A DNA stretch of 41,891 nt from a virus (Duplodnaviria > Heunggongvirae > Uroviricota > Caudoviricetes): the IMG/VR virus record IMGVR_UViG_3300042486_001111; one strand, 5' to 3'. The first letter of the stretch is position 1. Every line of letters begins with the position of its first letter. The translations under genes and the position numbers were made by a program. Below, piece by piece: positions 18,979 through 27,886 of the stretch. The notes beneath the pieces were generated by a model that ran no database searches, was not told where the DNA came from, and saw nothing but the letters and a program-made list of their open reading frames with translations.

Positions 18979-20028
18979 TTAATTTGATAAAGGGGCTTTA
19001 ATCGTTGGGTGTGATTGATAATTTTCAACAACAAAATCCGTATTTTTTAAATGAAAAAATAAAGACGTATCTTCAGATAGTGATTTATAAAATTCATCTG
19101 TTTTCATATGAACCAATTTCGGTAGTTGGAGCGGTTCTCTTCTCAGTTGTTCAGTAGATTGTGATAGATGATTCTCATATAAATGAACATCACCTAAATT
19201 ACCCACTAACTCATCAGGTACCATATTTACTATACTACCTAAAATGTGTAATAGTAAACCATAACTGGCGATATTGAAAGGTAACCCTAAAAATAAATCT
19301 GCGGATCTTTGATTCCACATTAAAGAGATTGATCTGGTTGGTGTTGGTACATAATACGGATCATCAAAATTAGGCATTATTTCTTCACAATATTCCATAC
19401 CACCCTCATAATTATTTGTAAACCAAATATGATATCTTTCTTTATATGATAATTCCTTTGTATACACTTGAAATCCATAATGACAAGGTGGGAGAACCAT
19501 TGAATCTAATTCCCCAACATTCCAAGCATTAACCATTAATCGTCTAGAGTCAGGATTTGTTTTAAGGTCGTTGATTAGATTTTTGATTTGGTCTGTGTTG
19601 GAATTTAATCCTTCCCAACTTCTCCATTGCTTACCGTAAATTGGACCTAAATCACCCCAATGTTTTGCAAACTTTTCATCGTTCTTTATTTTATCAATAA
19701 AATCAGTCATTGATAAAATCTTATCAGGCTCGTTACCAATCATTAACAATTGATAGTTCTTATAAGCATCACCATCCCAAATATGACACCCATTATCTAC
19801 AAGAAACTTAATATTAGTATCACCACGTAGGAACCATAATAGTTCTGTTGTAATTGTTTTGAATGGCATTTTCTTCGTTGTTAGTAAAGGGAAACCTTCT
19901 ATCATCTTATGACGAATTTGTTTACCGAATAAAGATCTAGTACCTGTACCAGTTCTATCACTTTTTTTCACACCTTTTTCTAAAACCTCAAAGAGTAAAT
20001 CTTTATATTGTTTATCTAAACTATTCAT
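18979..20028 (-). CDS. thyA: Thymidylate synthase
   Basis: DRTGTGT, FPLLTTKK, ELLWFLRG, SRRLMVNAWN, LPPCH (catalytic Cys), QRSADLFLGLPFNIASY and GDVHLYENH. Confidence 0.97.
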   Translation of the reverse strand: MNSLDKQYKDLLFEVLEKGVKKSDRTGTGTRSLFGKQIRHKMIEGFPLLTTKKMPFKTITTELLWFLRGDTNIKFLVDNGCHIWDGDAYKNYQLLMIGNEPDKILSMTDFIDKIKNDEKFAKHWGDLGPIYGKQWRSWEGLNSNTDQIKNLINDLKTNPDSRRLMVNAWNVGELDSMVLPPCHYGFQVYTKELSYKERYHIWFTNNYEGGMEYCEEIMPNFDDPYYVPTPTRSISLMWNQRSADLFLGLPFNIASYGLLLHILGSIVNMVPDELVGNLGDVHLYENHLSQSTEQLRREPLQLPKLVHMKTDEFYKSLSEDTSLFFHLKNTDFVVENYQSHPTIKAPLSN

Positions 20029-20029
20029 T

Positions 20030-20326
20030 TTAAAGATTTTTCTTTATCTCATTAATTTGTTCTAATAATGGTGTAACATCTAATGTATCTTTAGATTGTG
20101 TATATGGGTATTTTTTAAGGATACTATGTAGAGTCTTACCCTGACTTTCAGATGATTCGAATTTCTTATAATCTTCATATTTGACACCTTCATAAACATA
20201 TTGTCTACCAGAACCAAAAATTATTGCCAACTTTTTATCTGTCATAATATATTTTGAACCCAAAATATTTGATGAATCGTATAGACATTCTATTGATCCA
20301 TTTTCTTCGTACTTATTTAAAACCAT
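20030..20326 (-). CDS. KTSC domain protein
   Basis: SSNI...Y....L.IIF.SG..Y.Y.GV....Y..F..S.SQG pattern. Confidence 0.8.
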   Translation of the reverse strand: MVLNKYEENGSIECLYDSSNILGSKYIMTDKKLAIIFGSGRQYVYEGVKYEDYKKFESSESQGKTLHSILKKYPYTQSKDTLDVTPLLEQINEIKKNL

Positions 20327-20329
20327 ATT

Positions 20330-20554
20330 TTAATCTTTATATATTTTATATGAATGGATGTCTTCCATTTGATAAATCCTTCCGTCTATTGTAGATGGTT
20401 CATCGATAGAAACTTCTTTTTCTTCAGTAATGATTACATAATTTCCTGTTATTATCATTGCCGAATCTAAATATTCTATCCTATCTGATGGTTTACCCTC
20501 TATATCTTTTAAAAGTAAAACTATCTTCCTAAATTTTGGTGCACTAGGTATCAT
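20330..20554 (-). CDS. Hypothetical protein (74 aa), first gene of the thyA operon
   Basis: Operon-like spacing; a weak host-type promoter (TTTG at 20587-20590, TATACTTA) lies upstream. Confidence 0.65.
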   Translation of the reverse strand: MIPSAPKFRKIVLLLKDIEGKPSDRIEYLDSAMIITGNYVIITEEKEVSIDEPSTIDGRIYQMEDIHSYKIYKD

Positions 20555-20655
20555 TTTATAAGTATAATTAAATAATGTTATTTTGTCAAATCTAAATATA
20601 GATAAAACCTAAGATAAGTAAAGATAAAAAGTATTTCTTAAAGTGTGACACTTTG

Positions 20656-21579
20656 TCACGGGTTGTTAATATGTTTACCTTTAATTTTATAGTAATTGGC
20701 ATCAATACCCTTATCCTCTAAAAGATTTTTAGGTATATATTCATCTCCAGTCTCTATAAAGTGATTTAACCGTTTAGTCCCAAACTCAACGTTGAATGGT
20801 ACCAAATCTACGCCAATAAACTTTCTATTGTTTTTAAGTGCCGCAATACCTGTGGTAGATGATCCTGCAAATGGATCCATAATTACGTCACCTTCGTCAC
20901 TACCAATTCTTACAAACCAATCAACTAACTCCACAGAAAATGGTGCAGGGTGTAGAACACTAGGGTTTGTTTCTGAAGCCGCAATTACTACATTATGTGG
21001 TAATGAACCTTTTTCGTTTAATTCCCTCATTTGTGAGTCATACACACCATCCCTCGATCCGATAGTTGTCACTGGTTTAAGAAATCTTTTTTTAGTAACT
21101 TCTGAATGTTCAGTTCTACAATTATCTGCCCTAAATTTAGGTTTATTAGAGTTGGAGAAATGGAAAACATACTCATATCTATCAATCGCCCTATATTTAC
21201 AGTTTGTTGGGATTGCGTTCTTTTTAAACCATATATATGGTTTCGCAACCAAATACCAACCCTGTTTACGCATTTTATATTTTAACTCATCTAAAACTGG
21301 GTGAATCACCCCATCGTCTATTTTATCGTTGATATTTAAGAAAAAACTACCATTAGGTTTTAAAACTTTAAGAAATAAATCAGTAAATTCTAAAAACCAA
21401 TCCGCATAATCGTCAACGTGTATCGAACCAACCTCACCATCATTATTACCGCTATAGTTCTTTCTCATAGAATAATATGGGGGTGATGTAAAAATCATAT
21501 CAACCTTTTCATTCGACTCAATCATTTCTTTTAACACATTTTTAGTGTCACCCAAAATAACTTCATATTGACTTTTCAT
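20656..21579 (-). CDS. DNA methyltransferase, beta class, probably N4-cytosine
   Basis: Motif IV VDMIFTSPPY precedes motif I VIMDPFAGSSTTG; HPAPFS motif; no cognate restriction gene adjacent. Confidence 0.9.
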   Translation of the reverse strand: MKSQYEVILGDTKNVLKEMIESNEKVDMIFTSPPYYSMRKNYSGNNDGEVGSIHVDDYADWFLEFTDLFLKVLKPNGSFFLNINDKIDDGVIHPVLDELKYKMRKQGWYLVAKPYIWFKKNAIPTNCKYRAIDRYEYVFHFSNSNKPKFRADNCRTEHSEVTKKRFLKPVTTIGSRDGVYDSQMRELNEKGSLPHNVVIAASETNPSVLHPAPFSVELVDWFVRIGSDEGDVIMDPFAGSSTTGIAALKNNRKFIGVDLVPFNVEFGTKRLNHFIETGDEYIPKNLLEDKGIDANYYKIKGKHINNP

Positions 21580-21602
21580 ATTTTATTTATTAAATTTGAA
21601 TA

Positions 21603-21634
21603 CAAAGATAAGGATATTTATAATAAAAAACAAA
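21603..21634 (-). promoter_or_regulatory. Bacteroidota-type primary sigma promoter for the methyltransferase
   Basis: Minus strand TTTG (21631-21634), 20-nt spacer, TATCTTTG (21603-21610). Confidence 0.7.
21614..21621 (+). promoter_or_regulatory. Putative late-promoter motif ATATTTAT for clpC
   Basis: Exact motif on + strand 19 nt upstream of ATG 21641; orientation flips with the gene. Confidence 0.55.
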
Positions 21635-21640
21635 TCGTAT

Positions 21641-24106
21641 ATGAAAAAGATTTTGCCTAAGGTGAAGAAAATCATAAATATGTCCATCAAACAGGCTAAA
21701 TTTTATGGGGACAATGAAGTAAAGATTGAACATATAATCATCTCATTGATAAATGATTATAATAATAATGCGGTTAAGGCGTTAATAAGTATGGGTGTTG
21801 ATGTAGATAAACTACATAAGAGTATTGAGAAGAAATTACATAAGGATAGGGACGATTTTAACACTATGTTGGTAAATAAAAAAGAGTTCCCTTTGGAAAT
21901 TGTAACTGAAAATATTTTGAAGGGTGCAGAAAAAGAATGTGATTTGATGAATAATGAATATTTGGATACGGAACATATTTTGTTGGCAACATTAAAAGTA
22001 AAAAATGACATAAGTAGTATATTAAAAGGGATGAAAATAAATTATAACAGTTACAAAACTTCTATCGAAAACTCTATTGAGCCAGTAAGTGGAGATGGTG
22101 AAGACAATTTCAGTAAAATACCCAAACCAAAAGGTAGTACTAAATCCAACGACACCCCTATTTTAAATAATTTTTCTGTGGATGTAACTAAAAGGGCGTC
22201 TGAAGGTAAAATTGATCCTGTAATTGGTAGGGATGAGTCCATACAAAGAGTTGCACAGATTTTGGCTAGGAAGAAAAAAAATAATCCAGTCTTAATTGGT
22301 GACCCTGGTGTTGGTAAAACTACAATTATTGAGGGTTTAGCGTTAAAAATTGCACAGGGTGATGCACCTAGAACTTTATTAGATAAGAGAGTTGTGTCAT
22401 TAGATTTAACGTCTTTAGTTGCAGGTACTAAGTATAGAGGTCAGTTTGAGGAAAGAATAAAAGGTGTGGTGGATGAATTAATGGAAGTCGATAATGTAAT
22501 CTTATTTATTGACGAATTACATACTATGGTAGGTGCGGGTAACTCATCAGGTTCTATGGACGCTGCGAATGTATTAAAACCTGCGTTGGCTAGGGGTGAT
22601 ATACAGTTGATTGGTGCAACTACTTTAGATGAATATAGAGAACATATCGAAAAAGATGGTGCATTAGCGAGAAGATTCCAACAAGTTCTAATTGAACCAC
22701 CTACAATAGAGGAAACAATTCAAATATTAGATAAAATTAAATCTTCATATGAAACTTACCATAAAGTAACTTACCCATTAGTAACTATTGAACATTGTGT
22801 TAAAATGGCTGACAGATATATTACAGATAGGGAATTTCCTGATAAGGCAATTGATATTATGGATGAAATAGGTTCAAAAAGTCAACTATCTATCAAACCA
22901 CCATCATCTATAAGTAAATTGGAGGAGAAGATTGTTGAAATTAAGAACAGAAAAAGTGAGGTTGTTAAGAAACAAAAATACGAAGAGGCTGCAAAGTTAA
23001 GAGATGAGGAAAGGGAGGTTAATGAAAAATTAGTTTTAGAAAAAGAAAAATGGTTAACAAATTTGAATAACGAAAGAACTGTTGTAACCATTGAGGATGT
23101 TAATGAAGTGGTGTCCTCAATGACTGGAATACCATTAAAAAGAATTAGTGGGGATCAAGGTAAAAGGATGTTAGAGATTGAAGGTGAGTTAAAAAAATCA
23201 ATTATAGGTCAAGAAATTGCGTTGGAAAAGATTGCCAAATCTATTAGAAGAAATAGAGTTGGTATTCGAAACCCTAAAAAACCAATTGGTACTTTTATGT
23301 TTTTAGGTCCTACAGGTGTGGGTAAAACTCATATTGCGAAAAGATTGGCAGAATACCTTTTTGGTGATGAGGACTCATTAATTAGATTAGATATGTCTGA
23401 ATTTCAAGAGAAACACTCAATATCTAGACTTATTGGATCTCCTCCAGGATATGTTGGTCATGGTGATGGTGGACAACTAACTGAAAAAGTGAGAAGAAGA
23501 CCATATTCAATAGTACTATTTGATGAAATAGAGAAAGCAAATAAAGAAATCTATAATACACTATTACAATTATTGGATGACGGTCAACTTACTGATAGTT
23601 CTGGTAGAAAAGTTAACTTTAAAAATTGTATGGTTATTATGACATCTAATGTAGGTGTTAAAAAATTACAAGATTTTGGTACAGGTGTCGGATTTGGTAC
23701 TAAGTCAAAATTAGAGAGAGAAGACTCTATTAAAGAAAGTCTATTAACTGATGAATTAAAAAAACAATTCCCACCAGAATTCCTTAATAGGTTAGATGAT
23801 GTAATCATATTTAAATCTTTAACTAAAGAAGAAATTGGGAAAATTGTTGATTTGGAATTAGTAAAACTTAAGAAGAGAGTTGGTGAAATAGGTTATAACT
23901 TAATTATCAACAAAACGGTTAGGGATTATTTAATTGATGATGGGTATAGTGAAGATTATGGGGCTAGACCTCTAAATAGGGCAATACAAAAACATATCGA
24001 AGATCCTATATCTGAAGAAATTTTAAGTGGTAATGTAAAGGATAATGGTACCATAAAAATAAGTTATTCTAAGGCAAAAGATGAAATTATCATAAAAAGT
24101 GAATAA
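21641..24106 (+). CDS. clpC: ClpC-type Hsp100 AAA+ chaperone/unfoldase
   Basis: Two Clp_N repeats; NBD1 GDPGVGKT and LFIDELH; UVR-like middle domain QKYEEAAKLRDEE; NBD2 GPTGVGKT and LFDEIEK; VGF ClpP-docking loop; YGARPL. Confidence 0.93.
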   Translation: MKKILPKVKKIINMSIKQAKFYGDNEVKIEHIIISLINDYNNNAVKALISMGVDVDKLHKSIEKKLHKDRDDFNTMLVNKKEFPLEIVTENILKGAEKECDLMNNEYLDTEHILLATLKVKNDISSILKGMKINYNSYKTSIENSIEPVSGDGEDNFSKIPKPKGSTKSNDTPILNNFSVDVTKRASEGKIDPVIGRDESIQRVAQILARKKKNNPVLIGDPGVGKTTIIEGLALKIAQGDAPRTLLDKRVVSLDLTSLVAGTKYRGQFEERIKGVVDELMEVDNVILFIDELHTMVGAGNSSGSMDAANVLKPALARGDIQLIGATTLDEYREHIEKDGALARRFQQVLIEPPTIEETIQILDKIKSSYETYHKVTYPLVTIEHCVKMADRYITDREFPDKAIDIMDEIGSKSQLSIKPPSSISKLEEKIVEIKNRKSEVVKKQKYEEAAKLRDEEREVNEKLVLEKEKWLTNLNNERTVVTIEDVNEVVSSMTGIPLKRISGDQGKRMLEIEGELKKSIIGQEIALEKIAKSIRRNRVGIRNPKKPIGTFMFLGPTGVGKTHIAKRLAEYLFGDEDSLIRLDMSEFQEKHSISRLIGSPPGYVGHGDGGQLTEKVRRRPYSIVLFDEIEKANKEIYNTLLQLLDDGQLTDSSGRKVNFKNCMVIMTSNVGVKKLQDFGTGVGFGTKSKLEREDSIKESLLTDELKKQFPPEFLNRLDDVIIFKSLTKEEIGKIVDLELVKLKKRVGEIGYNLIINKTVRDYLIDDGYSEDYGARPLNRAIQKHIEDPISEEILSGNVKDNGTIKISYSKAKDEIIIKSE

Positions 24107-24110
24107 AATA

Positions 24111-24142
24111 TTTGGCAGATTAAATAATTCTTATTACATTTG
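24111..24142 (+). promoter_or_regulatory. Bacteroidota-type primary sigma promoter
   Basis: TTTG (24111-24114), 20-nt spacer, TACATTTG (24135-24142). Confidence 0.75.
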
Positions 24143-24163
24143 TTCTTATAAAACTATAACGAT

Positions 24164-24664
24164 ATGAAAAATTTAGTGATTTTATTCAGTCTTCTTTTGG
24201 GTGTAGAGGCTTATTCCCAAAAAGATATGGTTTCTTATTCCATTGAAAATAATAAGAAAGTAGTTTCTCAGATGAATATTGATTCTTTGGAAACTGTTTT
24301 GGTTGGTATGATAAACTCTTTTAGAGTGAGTAACGGATTAAGTATTCTCACTAAAGATGTATCATTATCAACCTACGCAGATGAGTGGTCAGTGAATATG
24401 TTGAATAAAAATAAAATCTACCACTCCGACATTCAAAGTAATAGTATTGTTGCAGAAAACGTATATTTCAGTAAATCATTTGGTGTTTTCCCTATGACTA
24501 AGGAATATGTGTCTGAAGTAACTAATAGAATTTACAATAGTTGGTTGACTTCTGAAAAACATAAGAAAAATATGTTAACTGAAGATATTAATAAAATCGG
24601 AGTATCTATTGTACTATTACCTAACGGTATGGTAGATGAATCCTCAACAATGGTGGTTAATTAA
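24164..24664 (+). CDS. Secreted CAP (SCP-like) domain protein
   Basis: Signal peptide ending EAYSQ; INSFR...GL..L, H, AENV, W..S..H..NML and IGV CAP motifs. Confidence 0.85.
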   Translation: MKNLVILFSLLLGVEAYSQKDMVSYSIENNKKVVSQMNIDSLETVLVGMINSFRVSNGLSILTKDVSLSTYADEWSVNMLNKNKIYHSDIQSNSIVAENVYFSKSFGVFPMTKEYVSEVTNRIYNSWLTSEKHKKNMLTEDINKIGVSIVLLPNGMVDESSTMVVN

Positions 24665-24678
24665 CCACCATTGTTTTA

Positions 24679-25203
24679 TTAGAATTGTGTATTATAAAGA
24701 CATTTAGTAATCTGTACTAAATTCGCAATATCTGTAGTAAAATCATATTTACTTACCCATTCATCTACAGATTCACCTGTTTGTGGTGTAAAATCGTCTT
24801 TAATATGTTTTCTTTTTGATTTACTATCATTAGACTTAAGATCCTTAATCACTTCGTCTATATGTCTTCTACAAAAATTAACTGTTTTTTCTACTGCCTT
24901 TTCTCTTAAAGTGACATCAGTTATTTTTGATAGGATACCAGCGTTAATTTCATCATTCTTTAACCCTTCACATCCAGTAACTGAAAATGTTACACCAGTT
25001 TTCATTTTCTTTAATAAAGTATTATCTGAAGAAGCGTTAGTACCTGCATTACCTGCATCCGTACTGTCGGATCTTAACCATTCAGGATATGTCTTAAAAC
25101 AAAACTTAAATGATATTTTTTCTTCTTTTAAAAGATATTTTTTAATTGATGCGATATCACTTTCTGTAAGTGTAACTACAACATTATTTTTTTTAATTTT
25201 CAT
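24679..25203 (-). CDS. Hypothetical protein with leader ...VTLTESDIASIKKYLLKE
   Basis: ATG at 25203 avoids overlap with the upstream gene. Confidence 0.7.
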   Translation of the reverse strand: MKIKKNNVVVTLTESDIASIKKYLLKEEKISFKFCFKTYPEWLRSDSTDAGNAGTNASSDNTLLKKMKTGVTFSVTGCEGLKNDEINAGILSKITDVTLREKAVEKTVNFCRRHIDEVIKDLKSNDSKSKRKHIKDDFTPQTGESVDEWVSKYDFTTDIANLVQITKCLYNTQF

Positions 25204-25222
25204 AATATATATTTTTAAATTA

Positions 25223-27181
25223 TTAACCCCATTTAGGACAACAAGTCTGACAAACTTTTGAGAAATCGGGTGCTTTACCAAAAAACCTACGTTTAGGTTT
25301 AAGATTTCTTAAAGACTTCTTTATTTTTCTTTTTAATTTTTTAATACCTCTCTTAAAATTTTTCCAAGAATCTTTAAAACTAAATTCTCCATTTGACTGT
25401 AGCTCTATTCCCATTCCTGGTACTGCAATAACAAAATAATCCTCACCGACCTCTGATTTAGTTACTATAGTTGGTTTTTTTAATGTAACGCTAATACCAG
25501 CCAAATTCATTCTAAATGGTCCGTATATATCGTTATATTCTTGAGATAATTCTTGTTGTGCAACTTCTCTACCTAATTTTTCTGACGCTTTCTTTGCCCA
25601 AGCAGTACCTCTATTACCATAAAATAACTGTGGTTTTAGTTCATTGTCTTTTTTGTATGCCTCTTGGAACATTGCACCATATGCGGTTATAGGTACGTCT
25701 GAACCATCAGCATATTTACCATCTATTTTCTCCCAACCTGGACCGATATTAGGTTTTTCTATTCTAGAGGCTAAGATTATATTATAACCATCTAACTTAT
25801 ATTGTTTCAAAATACCTCTAACTGAGTTTTCTATAACATTACTTCTATCTTCCGCTAATTTTATATTATTATCTTCACTAAAACTTTTATCTTTACTTTT
25901 ATATGATGTTCTTACTTTACTGGTTGAGGAATAAATAAATATGTTTATTGATGACACATCTAATTTAAATTCTTCACCTAAATCATTTTCAGTTCTTTGT
26001 GCTTCAACCTCTGAATCTTGAGTGTCTATAAACTTTCTTAATAATCTCACTTGTTCTCTAATACCATCAATTGCCTCTGAAGACATAGACGTACCATCAT
26101 CTGGAAAGAAATTATTACTTAAATTATTTCTTTCACCTTCAGGTGTATTTTCTGGTGGGTACTGGAATATATCAGAATCTCCTTCTTCCATAATAGGTAC
26201 ACCTTTACCCGCCTCATCCTCAACTTTAAACTGTTTAAGTTCTGTAGGTTTATCAGTAATTGTTATATTAGTAATTTTCTTAAGTAATTTTCTATATGTA
26301 TCCTCACCAACAGACTCAATTTCAGCAGATAATTTTTTCATTACACTATTTTTAATCCCAATTCTTTGATCTGTATTAACATCTATTTTGACATTCTCAT
26401 CATCTACATCTAAACCTATTTCTTTTTTATCTTTTAAATTAAATCCTATCAGATAATCTACAACATCTTTCAAAGATTCCATAGAATTAGGATCAGTCTT
26501 AGGATTTTTACTAAAATCTATTAAAACATTAAGATTAGTTTTTAATGGTTCTAATATTTCCTTTTTTAGAAAAACTTTACCATTATTAATTGCAATTAAT
26601 TCCTTATTTAATTTTTCTAATGTTCTGGACGATACTAAAGTATCAACTGATTTTTTTAAGTTTTTATCGGTAACATTAAATGTTTTAAGATCAATTTTTG
26701 ATGCGTTGTCTAATATAGTTGTTACTTCTGACTGAAGATTTTTATCGTACTGATCAGGTGCAACCACATTTTTCTTAGTTTGTTTTACATCCTCAGATTT
26801 TTTAATCCCATAATATATGTCACCAAACATCCACTCCTTTAATGAATTCCTTACACTTTCACTATCATTGCCTTCAAACCAATCCATCATTGTTGTGTAC
26901 GATGGATTATTTAAAAAAGAACCACCAAAATACTCGTCAACTTCTCTAATATATTCAATAATATCTTTTAATTTCGCATTTTCCCAATTAAACTTACCAC
27001 CCTTAGACCAATCAGAAAATACAGGAACTTCCTCTTCCTGTTCCTTTATTAGGTATTTTTTTACCAATTTTTCTTCTAAAAGTCTATCGAATGAAGTGAC
27101 ATTTTCTCTATATTCATTTGAGTCATGTCCCATTAATTTTCTCATTCTATATATTTCTTCTGTTAACGTATTTTTTCTCAT
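25223..27181 (-). CDS. Large protein with leader TLTEEIYRMRKLM and a probable divergent OmpA-like domain
   Basis: S.TSK...DNNIKLAEDRSNVI resembles the OmpA_C N..L[SA]..R motif; Cys-rich end CQTCCPKWG; ATATTTAT at 27199-27206. Confidence 0.65.
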   Translation of the reverse strand: MRKNTLTEEIYRMRKLMGHDSNEYRENVTSFDRLLEEKLVKKYLIKEQEEEVPVFSDWSKGGKFNWENAKLKDIIEYIREVDEYFGGSFLNNPSYTTMMDWFEGNDSESVRNSLKEWMFGDIYYGIKKSEDVKQTKKNVVAPDQYDKNLQSEVTTILDNASKIDLKTFNVTDKNLKKSVDTLVSSRTLEKLNKELIAINNGKVFLKKEILEPLKTNLNVLIDFSKNPKTDPNSMESLKDVVDYLIGFNLKDKKEIGLDVDDENVKIDVNTDQRIGIKNSVMKKLSAEIESVGEDTYRKLLKKITNITITDKPTELKQFKVEDEAGKGVPIMEEGDSDIFQYPPENTPEGERNNLSNNFFPDDGTSMSSEAIDGIREQVRLLRKFIDTQDSEVEAQRTENDLGEEFKLDVSSINIFIYSSTSKVRTSYKSKDKSFSEDNNIKLAEDRSNVIENSVRGILKQYKLDGYNIILASRIEKPNIGPGWEKIDGKYADGSDVPITAYGAMFQEAYKKDNELKPQLFYGNRGTAWAKKASEKLGREVAQQELSQEYNDIYGPFRMNLAGISVTLKKPTIVTKSEVGEDYFVIAVPGMGIELQSNGEFSFKDSWKNFKRGIKKLKRKIKKSLRNLKPKRRFFGKAPDFSKVCQTCCPKWG

Positions 27182-27225
27182 AATAAATTATTTTATTTAT
27201 AAATATAAAAAAAACGGTAAAAAAA

Positions 27226-27256
27226 TTTGTATAATAAAAAAAATGGTGTATATTTG
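27226..27256 (+). promoter_or_regulatory. Bacteroidota-type primary sigma promoter
   Basis: TTTG (27226-27229), 19-nt spacer, TATATTTG (27249-27256). Confidence 0.75.
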
Positions 27257-27276
27257 TTCTTATAAACGTAACAACT

Positions 27277-27882
27277 ATGAAAAACTTAATTTTGATTTTG
27301 ATGTTTATCCTACCATCAGTAGTTTTTTCTCAGAGAGATGGTTCGAAAGTAATGGACGTAAACAATATCGATTACCGACTTTTGGATAGTCTGATTATTG
27401 TTGAGATTAATGTGGTAAGAGATTCATTAGGTAATAACAATATGCATTACTCACGATTGGTGAGTGACAATGTTTCAAAAATAAGATGTCAAAAATTACA
27501 CAGTGAAGAAAAAGTATATCATCCAGATGGTAGGTTGGAACTATATAGTGAAAAATTAAAGTCCTCAATTATGGGAGAATCTTATTCTACATATAAATTT
27601 AAAGGTGGTGTTAATGTAGTAGACGGTTTTGAAATTTGTTTATTTAAGACAAAAAATTACAAACTATTAACGTATGGTGATATAGCAAAATCAATTGTAG
27701 ATTATTGGGAGACATCTCCTGATCACTGTTTTGTGATTAGAGATGTATTTAATCAACAAATTACTGATAATGGAAAAGAAGTATTCTTAATGAGCGGTGT
27801 TTCTACAAAATACGGTACCTACAAAGGTAAAAACGGATTTTACGCAGTACTAAACCTTACAGTTGTTTATAAGCGTCAGTAG
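27277..27882 (+). CDS. Secreted protein, divergent CAP-like domain
   Basis: Signal peptide ending VVFSQ; EINVVR...G, H and IVDYWETSPDH (W..SP.H) motifs. Confidence 0.65.
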   Translation: MKNLILILMFILPSVVFSQRDGSKVMDVNNIDYRLLDSLIIVEINVVRDSLGNNNMHYSRLVSDNVSKIRCQKLHSEEKVYHPDGRLELYSEKLKSSIMGESYSTYKFKGGVNVVDGFEICLFKTKNYKLLTYGDIAKSIVDYWETSPDHCFVIRDVFNQQITDNGKEVFLMSGVSTKYGTYKGKNGFYAVLNLTVVYKRQ

Positions 27883-27886
27883 GTAG

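Noticed and set aside
18979-19034. 56-nt overlap between thyA and the next ORF
   Set aside because: Artefact of taking the longest ORF; an in-frame GTG at 18974 removes it.
20640-20659. Overlapping short palindromes AAAGTGT-G-ACACTTT and GTGACA-CTT-TGTCAC at the methyltransferase stop
   Set aside because: Single short occurrence with no second copy seen; could be chance or a weak terminator.
20792-21304. 170-aa plus-strand ORF
   Set aside because: Antisense shadow of the methyltransferase, with no motifs or promoter.
20656-24106. Methyltransferase-clpC block as host contamination or a restriction-modification system
   Set aside because: Composition matches the flanks, clpC carries the phage motif, and no endonuclease is adjacent. 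An orphan protective methyltransferase is the simpler reading.
26817-27389. 190-aa plus-strand ORF
   Set aside because: Antisense to 25223..27181 and overlaps the secreted gene in another frame; Ser/Phe-rich composition is typical of a shadow ORF.
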